A program made the translations under genes and the position numbers. Below the pieces are notes generated by a model. It was not told where the DNA came from and searched no databases. It saw nothing but the letters and a program-made list of their open reading frames with translations. A DNA stretch of 63,796 nt, counting the filler, from Octopus bimaculoides (lineage: Eukaryota), in assembly GCF_001194135.2 (NCBI RefSeq). It is 4 parts of 4 records of this genome, joined end to end, with 100 filler letters (N's around TTAATTAATTAA, not from the genome) between each part and the next. Parts side by side here need not be neighbours in the genome. Positions count along the whole stretch, not along the records: positions 1 to 17,014 come from NC_069000.1; 3 more parts are not named here. The stretch is one strand, 5' to 3'. Positions 1-11,279 of this stretch are shown here, in pieces; the first letter of the stretch is position 1; each line of letters opens with the position of its first letter.

Positions 1-74
1 GTGTGTGTGTGTGCATGCATGAGTGTGTGTGTGTGTGTGTGCATGCATGAGTGTGTGTGTGTGTGTGTGCATGT

Positions 75-375
75 ATGTGGTTAGATTATTCAGCTCGTGA
101 TTGTAAGTTTGTGGGTTTGAAAACTGGCGATGTGTTGTGTTCTTGAGCAAGGCTCTTTATTTCACATTGCTCCAGTCCACTCAGCTGGCAAAAATTAGTT
201 GTATCTGTATTTCAAAGGGCCAGCCTTGTCACATTCGATGTGTCACACCGAATATCCCTGAAGGTCATCTGTGTCTGTGGAGTGCTCAGCCACTTGCACA
301 GTAATTTCACAAGCAGGTTGTTCCACTAAGCGGATCAACTGGAAACCTCATTGTCATCGTAACTGATGGAGTGTA
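75..375 (+). mobile_element. tRNA-derived SINE (family with ttcttgagcaag..tttatttcacattgctccagtccactcagctg); related pieces at 46960-47055 and 59160-59395
   Basis: Shared core and 3' end gatcaactggaaccctc..cgt in three places in the window. Confidence 0.6.
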
Positions 376-768
376 TGTGTGTGTGTGTATATACTATGGT
401 CTTTCACACAGCTTCTGTCTACCAAATTCACTTACAAAGATTGGCCAGCCTGGGGTTATAGTAGAAGACATTTGCCCAAGGTACAACAGAGTGGGCCTCG
501 ACCCAAAACCACAGGGTAGCAAAGTGAGCTTCTGCATCTAAATACGAAGATTGAAACAAAGACAAAGCAAGAATGATATTCAGTTAAACATTTATTGTAG
601 TTCTTTAGCTTGCTCCAGCAATTAGAGTCGATGTCTGAGTAGAGCACCACTTTTAGTTGATAATTAATATTGCACTATAATTATCTTTTTGTGTTTTCTG
701 GGGTGTTTTTTTTTTTTTGCTTTGTTTTGTATTGTTTTTCCAATTTAGTTTTTTTTTAATCATTTCAG

Positions 769-831
769 AAAATGCAAGACATACATAAAGCTGAGTTACA
801 GAAGTCTTCCGTTGCTTCTCATGTTCCTGAG
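769..831 (+). CDS. CENATAC: CENATAC/CCDC84 internal exon (KMQDIHKAELQKSSVASHVPE); the gene's 5' part lies upstream of the window
   Basis: T-rich tract and ttcag acceptor at 768; 63 nt open, phase 0/0; donor GAG|gttcgt. Joins in frame to the 4554 exon. The peptide itself is not a motif I recognise. Confidence 0.6.
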
Positions 832-1046
832 GTTCGTATCTTCTGTCTTCAGCCGTTGTTTTTAACTCTAGGTCAGAACTGCTCTAGAAAACCTATTATC
901 AAAAACATACCCCACTCATTGTGATCATCCCATTTATTTTCTACCGATAGTACATATCTAAGACTGGGCAATTCAAAGTTTTTTTTTAATTTTTTTTATT
1001 TTAGTAAAATGGTTCAATGGGTCAAGCAACCATTATTTTGATCAGT

Positions 1047-1259
1047 TGGTGGTGAGCTGGCAGTCTTGTTAACACACCGGGCTAAATGCTTAGCGGTATT
1101 TCACCCATCACTACGTTCTGAGTTCAAATTCTGCTGACGTTGACTTTGCCTTTCATCCTTTCGGGGTCAATAAATTAATCACCAGTTATGCACCGGGGTC
1201 GATGTAATCTACTTAGTCCCTTCCCCCAAATTTGAGGCCTTGTGCTTCCAGTACAAAGG
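1047..1259 (+). mobile_element. tRNA-derived SINE with Nin/Deu-type central domain, tail type B, 15-bp TSD
   Basis: B-box-like ctgagttcaaattc; core gcctttcatcctttcggggtc.ataaat..accag. Direct repeat attattttgatcagt at 1032-1046 and 1260-1274. Confidence 0.8.
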
Positions 1260-1270
1260 ATTATTTTGAT

Positions 1271-1538
1271 CAGTAGTTCTCAACCATTTTTTGCCTATAG
1301 ACCCTTTTGATTTCTGTTTTACTTTCCTGGACTCTCAATAGCCATTCAATGTTTCAAAAAATCCTATTATGTTTTTAGAATTAAATATCATTAGGAATTG
1401 TGCAGTAAACCAATTTATTGCAGATAAATTTTAACAACAAAATCTTGAAATATTTTGTGTATTGTCGAGGAATAAGCAATTCATTGCACATACATTTTAA
1501 CAACAAAATCTTATACAGACCTCAGCTGAGAACCACTG
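1271..1538. mobile_element. hAT-type MITE
   Basis: TIRs cagtagttctcaac / gctgagaaccactg; 8-bp TSD attttgat/atttagat. Confidence 0.8.
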
Positions 1539-2338
1539 ATTTAGATGTTTCTTTGTTGTGTTTGTCATTACTTTTATTACATTGGTGGTGGTGGTGATGG
1601 TGGCAGTAGTAGTAGTAGTAGTATTGGGATCATGAATGGTAGAATTATTAGAGCATTGGACAATATGATATTTGGCTGCATCCTTGCCTGCCGACATCAA
1701 CTTTGTCTTTCGTTACACAAAGCTTAATAAAATAAGCAGTAGTCTTTCACTGACTGTATTAATTCCTCGAAATGTGTGACCTTGGGGCAAAGACAGAGAC
1801 AGCTCCATGGTGCCACATAAAAAAACACCTTGTAGATGCTGTAAAGTGATTAGCATTAGTAAGGGCATCCAGCCACAGAAGTCATGCCAAAGCAGACAAT
1901 GGAGATTGGTGCTGTTCTCTGGCTTGCTAGCTCCTCTTGAGCCTTTCAACCCATGCCAGCATGAAAGACAGGCATTAAATGATGATTATGATGATGATTT
2001 TTGGAGGAAATTGCTGAGAATGGCCTGAGTGAATGGGTCAATTCTCAGCATGTCCACCTAAGCCTAGAAAATGCTGAGAATGATCTGGATTAATGGGCCA
2101 ATTCTCAGCATGAGCCTCTAGGCCAGAAAACACAGCTTGGAGAGGGACTTGTTCTTGATTGTCAGAGCTTGAAGCTTTATCGACTTGAATAATTTTCAGT
2201 ACTTACCTTCATAAATTTACATTGTGAATTCAAATTTAATGAAGTTTGAATTTGCTTCTCATCTTTCTAAATTAAATAATGTACTAATCGTGTCATTGTC
2301 ATCATGTATCGTACACTTTTGTAGCATGTTGATGACAC

Positions 2339-2587
2339 CAGTTGCATAGCTAGAGTGTGTGCCACCTGGGGCAGCCCTTCAGTTTGCCACCCCTGTTTCA
2401 AACAATAAACAGATCACATGTTACTATATTGATTGTTGCATTTAACAGTGAGTAGTGTCTGTGTCCTGACATTAAAACCTCTATTATTTGGGTTCAATAC
2501 AGCCTATACAGGCTTATAGTCTACAGCAGACCCAGAAGTGGTGCCACCCAAGGCACATGGCTTCCTCTCCATCTAGCTATGCTAGTG
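2339..2587. mobile_element. hAT-type MITE
   Basis: Imperfect TIRs cagttgcatagctag / ctagctatgctagtg; perfect 8-bp TSD gatgacac on both sides. Confidence 0.8.
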
Positions 2588-3139
2588 GATGACACTACAA
2601 TGAAAGTCTTCCCGATTAAACGAAAGTTCTCCCTTCGGATGAAGCCATAGCTTTACTTTTCCATAAGGTTTACATGGCAAAGATATTGGGAATGGTTTTC
2701 CATTACCTCTCCCAACTGGATGGCCATCTGTCCCTTGATAGATCTTATTTTTAGTCCTGCTAGGTTTCCAGAAATCCTTCTCACAAGAGTAGTAACCTGC
2801 TCAAGTGGAGGAGCTGGTTTAGTCACCAACCTTTCAACCATGGAACTGGTAATACTGGTTTACATAGTACCAGGAGCAGATCTTGTCAGCCTGTAATGAG
2901 ATCTGTGACCTGACCATCACCAGTTATGTACTGGGTTCAATTCAATTGAACTGCCAATTACACATCTTTGAGATTAGGCGTTGATTGTTGTCATCATCAT
3001 TATTCTTATTACATTCTGCCATAGCTGTATGGTTAAGAAGTTTGCATCTCAACTATATGGATTTAGGTTCAATCCCTAGAAAAGATCTGGCCACTGCCCT
3101 TGGGCATCTGACTAAGCCATTTAAAAAATACACATGTAG

Positions 3140-3296
3140 GCACAGGCATGGCTGTGTAGTATGAAGTTTGCTTCCCAACCACATGGTTTTGGAGTTCAGT
3201 CCTGTTGTGTAGCACCTTCGGCAAGTGTCTGCTGCTATAGCTTCAGGATGACCAAAGCCTTGTGAGTGGATTTCGTAGACAGAAACTGAAACAAGC

Positions 3297-3300
<4 letters not shown>
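3140..3300 (+). mobile_element. tRNA-derived SINE family B 5' part. Other copies approx 385-540(-), 3985-4135, 4720-4870, 10905-11040(-), 16790-16955, 26365-26515(-), 53150-53285(-), 60595-60750(-)
   Basis: Recurrent ggctgtgtggtaagaag.ttgcttcccaaccacatggtt..gggttcagtcc..accttgggcaagtg..gtagac.gaaactgaaagaagccc, followed by microsatellite. Confidence 0.8.
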
Positions 3301-3327
<27 letters not shown>

Positions 3328-3727
3328 CATCATCATCATCGTCATTTAACATCCGCTTTCCATGCTAGCATGGGTTGGACGATTTGACTGAGGACTGGTG
3401 AACAAGATGGCTGCACCAGGCTGCAATCTGATCTGGCAGAGTTTCTACAGCTGGATGCCCTTCCTAACGCCAACCATTCCGAGAGTGTAGTGGGTGCTTT
3501 TACGTGCCACCGGCATAAGGGCCAGTCAGGTGGTGTTTTTTATGTGCCACCTGCACTGGCAACGACGTCACTCGAATGTTTTTTCACATGCCACTGGCAC
3601 AACTGCCAGTAAGGCAACACTGGTAACGATCGTGTTCGATTGGTGCTTTTTATGTGCCCCCAGCACAGAAGCCAGTCAGCTGGTCTGGCAGCGATCATGC
3701 TCGGATGGTGCTCTTAGCGCTTTACTG
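3328..3727 (-). mobile_element. RTE LINE 3' UTR with (GAT)n tail
   Basis: Same sequence as 15661-16152, where it is attached to an RTE ORF2 C-terminus. Confidence 0.8.
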
Positions 3728-3764
3728 ATACACACACACATACACACATATCTATGTGGGTATG

Positions 3765-3985
3765 ACTTTGTGTGTGTGTTTGTCCCTCACTACTGCTTGA
3801 CATCTGGTGTTGGTGTGTTTACATTCCTGTAACTTAGTGGTTCAGCAAAAGTGACTGATATAATAAGAAGCAGGCTTAAAAGGAAAATAAGTACTGGGGT
3901 CAATTAGTACGACTAAAATTCCTCAATGCAGTGCTCCAGAATGGCCACAGTGTCATAACTGAAACAAGTAAAAAGTAAAAGATGG
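3765..3985 (+). mobile_element. SINE family B 3' module. Others approx 4150-4350, 7975-8090(-), 52840-53040(-), 59775-59990, 60370-60550(-)
   Basis: Recurrent gtaacttagcggttcggcaaaaga..gatagaataagtac..ggtgctccagcatggcc.cagtc..tgactgaaacaagtaaaag. Confidence 0.7.
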
Positions 3986-4553
3986 GCACAAACATGACTG
4001 TGTGGTTAAGAGATTTCAAGTTCAGTCTCACTAGGTGCCACCTTGGGCAAGTTTCTTCTTCTACAGCCCCAGACATGCCAACGCCTTGCCAGTAAATCTG
4101 GCAGAGGGAAACTGTATGGAACCCCATCATATGCTTGTATGTATGCATGTGTGCCTTTGTGTTTGTCTCCTCCCCACTGTTTGACAACCAATGTTGGTTT
4201 GTGTACATCCCAGTGACTTAGCAGTTTGGCAAAAAGGGACCAATAGAATAAGTACCAGACTGGAAAAAAAAAACAATTATCACTGGGGTCAATTGGTTCA
4301 ACAGAAACCCTTTGAGGTGATGCCCCAGCATGGCTGCAATCCAATGACTGAAACAAACAAAGAACAAAGACACAAAAATAGGTTAGACGTCTGCTATAAA
4401 ATATCTCTGCTGCAGCTGCTGGTGCCGTCAGCGCCCTCTTTTTAAATCAGTTAAACTTTATAAATAATTACTGTAATTAATTTGAGGCTGTAATAAATTG
4501 ATAATTTTTATCTTTTTTCTCCACATGTCGTTTACCATTGTGTCATCTGCAAG

Positions 4554-4667
4554 GCTAAGAACATTCCAAGGCAATCATTAAAACCAGATGTTACATCACA
4601 CACATTACCACAATTCAAGAAGACCATTGCAGCATTTGGTGATGGCCTAACTTGTATTAAAATGAAG
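4554..4667 (+). CDS. CENATAC: CENATAC exon (AKNIPRQSLKPDVTSHTLPQFKKTIAAFGDGLTCIKMK)
   Basis: ctgcaag acceptor, AAG|gtaagt donor, 114 nt, phase 0/0. GLTCI corresponds to GLTFI in the human protein as I recall it. Confidence 0.8.
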
Positions 4668-5763
4668 GTAAGTGTATTTATATATCTTAATTATTTAAGC
4701 ATTGTGTACGCATACAGGTGGAGGCATGGCTGTGTGGTTAAGCAGTGCACTTCCCAACCACATGGTTTTTGGTTCAGTCCCACTTCATGGCTCCTTGGGC
4801 AAGTGACCTTTTTCTCTTGCTCCATGTTAACCAAAGCCTTGTGAGTGAATTTTGTAAACGGAAATTGAAAGTCTGTTCTGTGTGTGTATGTGTGTGTGTG
4901 TGCATGCATGTGTGCGTGTGTGTGTGTGTGCATGCATGTGAACATGCAAATATATAAGTTAAAGTAGTAGCTGCATGAAGCAGTAATGAAAACTAAACAA
5001 AATTTAAATCAGTTCAAATTTGTTCTGACCTCGCAACCTACAGATAATTGTGTGGTATGAANNNNNNNNNNNNNNNNNNNNNNNNNNNNNNNNNNNNNNN
5101 NNNNNNNNNNNNNNNNNNNNNNNNNNNNNNNNNNNNNNNNNNNNNNNNNNNNNNNNNNNNNNNNNNNNNNNNNNNNNNNNNNNNNNNNNNNNNNNNNNNN
5201 NNNNNNNNNNNNNNNNNNNNNNNNNNNNNNNNNNNNNNNNNNNNNNNNNNNNNNNNNNNNNNNNNNNNNNNNNNNNNNNNNNNNNNNNNNNNNNNNNNNN
5301 NNNNNNNNNNNNNNNNNNNNNNNNNNNNNNNNNNNNNNNNNNNNNNNNNNNNNNNNNNNNNNNNNNNNNNNNNNNNNNNNNNNNNNNNNNNNNNNNNNNN
5401 NNNNNNNNNNNNNNNNNNNNNNNNNNNNNNNNNNNNNNNNNNNNNNNNNNNNNNNNNNNNNNNNNNNNNNNNNNNNNNNNNNNNNNNNNNNNNNNNNNNN
5501 NNNNNNNNNNNNNNNNNNNNNNNNNNNNNNNNNNNNNNNNNNNNNNNNNNNNNNNNNNNNNNNNNNNNNNNNNNNNNNNNNNNNNNNNNNNNNNNNNNNN
5601 NNNNNAGATTGGAGCCTGGTGTTGCCATCCGGTTTCACCAGTCCTCAGTCAAATCGTCCAACCCATGCTAGCATGGAAGGCGGACATTAAACGATGATGA
5701 TGATGATGATGATATGTTGGAATAAAGTATGCAGTTATAACATGCGTTCACTCCATTCCTTAA

Positions 5764-5800
<37 letters not shown>

Positions 5801-7616
5801 TTATTATTTCTAAATCTCTCAACGAGAGACGTACAGTAACAGTACTTTAAAGTAAAGATTATTTGCCAACATAATGTGGCAGTCTCAGTTGGGATGGATG
5901 TTACTGTTGTTTTAGCCCCAGGAAACATCATCTCCAGCTGGCTATATGACACACATATGTGTCCTTACATATAAATATCATATACCTTTAATGTCCATTT
6001 TCCATGCTGGCATGGGTTGTACAGTTTGACCAGAGCTGGCAAGCTTCACCAGGTTCCAGTCTAATATGACTTGGTTTCCTACAGCTAGATGCCCTTCCTA
6101 ACACCAACCACTTTACAGTGCATGCTGGGTGCTTTCAATGTGCCACCAGCATGAGCACTTTCATGTGACACTGGTACATGTGCCTCTTGTGTGCACCTGC
6201 AGGAGTGCCTTTTATGTGGCACCGACACAGGACTCTTTCAGGCCAATCCTCTTCTCCAGGAGATGCAGCCTTAACACTTTTGCAGTGGAGGACGGATCTT
6301 TTTGTGTATTATATATATGCATATATATATACATACATATATATATATATANNNNNNNNNNNNNNNNNNNNNNNNNNNNNNNNNNNNNNNNNNNNNNNNN
6401 NNNNNNNNNNNNNNNNNNNNNNNNNNNNNNNNNNNNNNNNNNNNNNNNNNNNNNNNNNNNNNNNNNNNNNNNNNNNNNNNNNNNNNNNNNNNNNNNNNNN
6501 NNNNNNNNNNNNNNNNNNNNNNNNNNNNNNNNNNNNNNNNNNNNNNNNNNNNNNNNNNNNNNNNNNNNNNNNNNNNNNNNNNNNNNNNNNNNNNNNNNNN
6601 NNNNNNNNNNNNNNNNNNNNNNNNNNNNNNNNNNNNNNNNNNNNNNNNNNNNNNNNNNNNNNNNNNNNNNNNNNNNNNNNNNNNNNNNNNNNNNNNNNNN
6701 NNNNNNNNNNNNNNNNNNNNNNNNNNNNNNNNNNNNNNNNNNNNNNNNNNNNNNNNNNNNNNNNNNNNNNNNNNNNNNNNNNNNNNNNNNNNNNNNNNNN
6801 NNNNNNNNNNNNNNNNNNNNNNNNNNNNNNNNNNNNNNTTGTCTAAAAGAAATCTTTGTGTGTTCCTGTCAAGGGAGTGGCTAAAAAGCATTTATTGAAT
6901 GGGTTTTATGTCTCCCCCACCCCCATCCCCTCTCTCTCTCTCTCTGTGAGTGTATGTATTGGGTTGAATGTCCTTTCAATATGTCTTGAAAAATGACAAG
7001 CTGTGAGTTGATGGGTGTGTATGCTGTGAAGAATTTCTCTTGAAAAAAGAATTAGGATTTTTCATTGGGTTAGATGTATTCTATTGAGTGTCTCCACCTG
7101 TGTGTATGTATGTTTTTGTGATGTTTTCTTTTTTGTGTATGTGTATGTATGCATGTGTGTGTGTGTGTGTTTTTGTGATGTTTTCTTTTGTATGTGTGTG
7201 TGTATACATATAATCTTTTTTTGAAGTCTGTGTTGACAGATTTGCACTTAAAATTCCTACCTTTTTAATCAAAACTTGTTAGTTACTAAGGCAACAACAC
7301 TATTTATCTACCTTTCACACACTCACCTCTCTCTCTCTCCCACTTATTTCTCTCTCAATAACAACTTTTCTCCTCCCCTTCTACCCTCTCTTTACAGATG
7401 TTGTTGCGGACAGACAGACTAAGATCAGCTTCTCTTTTATAATATAAGATGTGTAAACTATGATCAAATATTTTGTCAAATTCCCTACATTCTTGATACG
7501 TATTTAAGGAGAATCTTTGTAATATTGGAGACAGAGATGTTATTGATCTCCAAGGATTGATTTTAATATTTTTGTATCTTAATACCAATATTGTTCTTGT
7601 TTTTATTATGCCTCAG

Positions 7617-7731
7617 CGTGTAAACATTCCCAATGTACACAGCGGGGGTTTGCCACCCTGGATGCAAGTGTCTGACAAATCTACAGAACACCAAGTAATT
7701 GGCCCTAGTATAGTAGACTATCAGAAGCACT
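7617..7731 (+). CDS. CENATAC: CENATAC exon (RVNIPNVHSGGLPPWMQVSDKSTEHQVIGPSIVDYQKH)
   Basis: cctcag acceptor, T|gtgagt donor, 115 nt, phase 0/1. NVHSGGLPPWM and IGPS match the CCDC84 motifs NIHSGATPPWM and IGPS (recalled, not searched). Confidence 0.92.
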
Positions 7732-7752
7732 GTGAGTATTTTACAGATTTAA

Positions 7753-7967
7753 CCCTTTAGTATTTAAACTGGCCATATCCGGCCAAAATATTTAATCTGT
7801 TTTATGTTCAAACTGACCAGATGCAGGCTTTCACACCTACCCTACAATGTTATTCTACATTAATAACACCATCAAGATCTTGAAGACATGAGATAATTCA
7901 TAATTAATTCAAAACAATGTGAATCAATAAGCATTATGTTTGATAGAATAATCTGAACACTAAAGGG
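7753..7967. mobile_element. piggyBac-type MITE, 21 nt downstream of the exon donor
   Basis: ttaa|ccctttag ... ctaaaggg|ttca. Further copies at 11280-11498 and partially near 13968. Confidence 0.7.
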
Positions 7968-8094
7968 TTCAAAGGAATTCTTTTATTCTTTTATTCTTTT
8001 GCTTGTTTCAGTCATTTGACTGTGGCCATGCTGGAGCACCACCTTGAATTTTAGTCAAATGAATCAACCCCAGTACTTTTTTTTTTAAGCCAGT

Positions 8095-8278
8095 GATGAC
8101 TACATTCCAAGCTGTTTGTATCACCGCCTTTTCGGTGAAGCTTGGAGTTCTTCGAACACTTCCACTGCCTCCAGTGCATCCTGAGAACTGCCTGGTGTTT
8201 GGTCATGGGCCTCACATAACCAACTTGCAAAGACCAACTGCAAAATTACTGAGGCCATGATCACCCAGCATCACCTAA
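8095..8278 (+). mobile_element. Decayed RTE (BovB-like) ORF2 fragment
   Basis: Frameshifted translation AVCITA..EAW..EHFH-CLQCILR..TNCKITEAMITQHHL resembles the RTE region after the RT domain. Confidence 0.6.
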
Positions 8279-8279
8279 A

Positions 8280-8680
8280 TCATCATCATCCTTTAACGTC
8301 CATTTTCCATACTGGCATGGGTTGTACGGTTTCACCAGAGCTGGCAAGCCAGAAAGCTGCACCACGTTCCAGTCTGATTTTGCTTTGTTTCTATGGTTGG
8401 ATGCCCTTCCTAATGCCACCCATTTCACAGTGTATGCTGGGTGCATTTAATGTAGCACAAGCACTTTTACATGGCACCAACACAAGTGCTTTTTACATGG
8501 AACTGGCACAAGAATCTTGCAAGTCAATCCTCTTCACCTGTGAAGAACAATTCTTCTTGTGTATAGCAAGATGCTAGATATCCCAGTCCTTTGTCATCTC
8601 ATCCAAAAGGTTCAGCATCCTGAGGTCATCCTTTAGTACTTTGTCCCATGTTTCCTGGGTCTCCATCTTCTATGAGTTCC
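8280..8680 (-). mobile_element. Older RTE 3' end (ORF2 C-terminus plus 3' UTR)
   Basis: Minus strand reads GDPGNMGQSTKG/..VLKDDLRMLNLLDEMTKDW across frames, then a UTR and a gatgatgat tail. Confidence 0.6.
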
Positions 8681-9084
8681 ATCCAAGAAGAAAGCAGAAA
8701 ATAGCCAAAAAATTCAACCATCTTAGCTAGCACCACAACCACACATACATTCACCACTGGCTTTTAGGGTCCAGGAGAGGACTGTTTGGCCATAAAAGAT
8801 CTCGTTGTTAAAAGAGTGGACATTGTCATGAGTTTTCAATGAATAACCAAATAAAGAATGTGTAACTGTAAAGACAAATGCTTTAGCTCTTTATCTTTGT
8901 TTTACTTATTTTAGTCATCGAACTGTGGCCATGCTGAAGCACCATCTTGAAGGGTCTTAGTCAAACAATGGACACCAATATATTTTTTAAAGTCTGTTAC
9001 TTATTTTGTGTGTGTATGTGTATGTGTGTGTGTCCCCACACAGATAGAAAGACATCTGATGAATTGCAAGTGAAATCGAACTAA

Positions 9085-9540
9085 ATTCGACGACTGGCAC
9101 CCATGCCAATGTCGTCTCCCTCATTGGACACGAAACTCAGCTTGCGAAGACTTATTGGGGCAAGCGAAAGCGAAATTGTGATGGCACCTGTGCCCACCCA
9201 GCATCGCCTTTCTGGCATTGTGCCCACGGCATGTGTAAGGACTTTCGAGCGAGATTGTTGCCAGTGCCCCTGGACTGGCTCTTGTGCGGGTGGCACATAA
9301 AATACACCATTTTGAGTGTGGCCGTTGCCAGTACTGCCTGACTGGCCTTCGTGCAGGTGACATGTAAAAGCACCCACTACACTCTCTGAGTGGTTGGCGT
9401 TAGGAAGGGCATCCAGCTGTAGAAACTCTGCCAAATCAGATTGGAGCCTGGTGTAGCCATCTGGTTTCACCAGTCCTCAGTCAAATCATCCAACCCATGC
9501 TAGCATGGAAGGCAGACGTTAAACGATGATGATGATGATT
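9085..9540 (+). mobile_element. RTE LINE 3' UTR with internal tandem units and (GAT)n tail
   Basis: Reverse complement of the 3328 and 15661 copies. A short tail-only piece lies at 5607-5713. Confidence 0.85.
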
Positions 9541-9859
9541 ATGTAATAAAGCTATATGTTTATTTCACATAAGTAGATATATGTTCAGTGAGTGTATATA
9601 GTCAATACTGATAATCAATATTGATAATCATTGCTTATAATCAATAATATTCACTTAGAAAAATAATTTCAAGGCTATGTACAGTATCTGACATACTGCA
9701 GATCAAACATACATTGTGTTGGGTATTTCTTTGAATAAAATATAAAATGGTAGTGCTAACAATATTCATTTGAAACATGTCAAACACAATGTTGAAATTA
9801 AAAGGCAAACAAAGAAAAGCAAAATCATAATTACGATTTCCATTAATTTCAAATTTCAG

Positions 9860-9992
9860 TAACTGATGTTAAGATGTCTAAGTTGCCAAAAGAGCGTGTT
9901 GGAGCCAGCTTAAGCAGAGAAATATCTGTGAATGCTCAGTGGTTGCCTTCTTTTGGTTGTGTCTGGAACAACCATCGCAGACTTGATACAAA
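9860..9992 (+). CDS. CENATAC: CENATAC exon (LTDVKMSKLPKERVGASLSREISVNAQWLPSFGCVWNNHRRLDT)
   Basis: tttcag acceptor, AA|gtaagt donor, 133 nt, phase 1/2. LPxxRVGA and WLPSFGxVWNNxRR are the hallmark CCDC84 C-terminal motifs. Confidence 0.95.
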
Positions 9993-10646
9993 GTAAGTTG
10001 TTTTTTTACATTGTCTTTGTATTAATGTATAATGAAATTATTGTGTATAGTGCTCAAGTGTACTACAACTCATCAAAGGTGCATGTACAAAGTCAACCTC
10101 AGTGTAATTTGAACTCAGAGCGTACAGATGGACAAAACGCTACTAAGCATTTATCCCAGTGTGCTAATGCTTCTGCCAGCTCACCACCTTAAACATCAGC
10201 TTAATAATAACTGTTATTTTATTAAATACTTCAATTAGTTTGATCATTAGATGTCTTATTACTGGATGTGTACCAAGTAACAGATAGAATTTGAACCAGG
10301 AACCGTTATATCTAAACTAAGAGCAATAACATTCATCATCATCATCATCATAATCATTATCGTTTAGCGTCTACATTTTCATGCTCACATGGGCCAGATA
10401 GGAATTTGTTGAAGCAGATTTTATGGCCAGATGCTCTTTCTGTTGCCAACCCTCACCTGTTTCCAAGAAAGGTAATATTTCTTCATGATCAGACATATTT
10501 CCATGGACAATTGGAAATGATAGTAACACTCACACAGCTGTCGTGTGATGTCAAATAAAGGAGATAGAAACATACACAAACACATGCACACCTGCACACA
10601 CACACACACACACACATATCTTTACAATAGGCTTCTATTAGTTTCT

Positions 10647-10884
10647 TATTTCTTTATTGCTCACAAAGGGCTAAATATAGAGGGGACAAACAAGGACAGA
10701 CAAAGGGATTAAGTTGATTACATCGACCCCACTGCGTAACTGGTACTTAATTAATCAACGCTGAATGGATGAAATGCAAAGTCGACCTTGGCGGAATTTG
10801 AACTCAGAACATAGCAGCAGACCAAATACCACTAAGCATTTTGCCCGGTGTGCTAACGTTTCTACCATCTCGCTGCCTTAGGCT
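10647..10884 (-). mobile_element. Nin/Deu-domain SINE, tail type A (Tx1-like), with 21-bp TSD, inserted in a family-B SINE
   Basis: Direct repeat aataggcttctattagtttct at 10626-10646 and 10885-10905. Confidence 0.9.
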
Positions 10885-11098
10885 AATAGGCTTCTATTAG
10901 TTTCTGTCTACCAAATCCACTCTCAAGGCTTTGATTACCTGCGAGATATAACAGAAGACATACACCCAAGGTTCCACACAGTGGAACTAAACCCCAAACT
11001 ATGTGATTGAGAAGCAGAATTCTTACCAGAAAGCCATGTATGTACCTTTGCTTTGTCCACAAATGACATAATGATATCTTTTTATTCTTTTGCTTCAG

Positions 11099-11261
11099 GC
11101 ATCAATTCTTGAAAAACAAGACAAAAATGTTTGGTAAAAGACCAATGAAAACAGAAAAGTCAGCAACAGCAGCACCAAAATCCAGAGTGTCTGGCAAAAA
11201 AGATGCCAATCCACCTGTAGTTCCTGTGAAACCTTATAAGAAAAAGAGATGTGTAACTTAG
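11099..11261 (+). CDS. CENATAC: CENATAC last coding exon (KHQFLKNKTKMFGKRPMKTEKSATAAPKSRVSGKKDANPPVVPVKPYKKKRCVT*)
   Basis: ttttgcttcag acceptor, phase 2. HQF continues the RR..S/T-R/K-HQF motif. TAG at 11259-11261. Confidence 0.9.
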
Positions 11262-11279
11262 TTGAATGGCCAGGCTTAA

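Noticed and set aside
836-4553. First visible CENATAC intron as a U12-type intron (GTATCTT at 836)
   Set aside because: Using 836 as donor breaks the phase with the 4554 exon, and there is no TCCTTAAC branch site before that acceptor. All visible introns fit U2-type GT-AG.
5009-6898. Long ORFs spanning N gaps (also near 21.7k, 25k, 49k, 55k, 58k, 62k)
   Set aside because: Artefacts of translating Ns.
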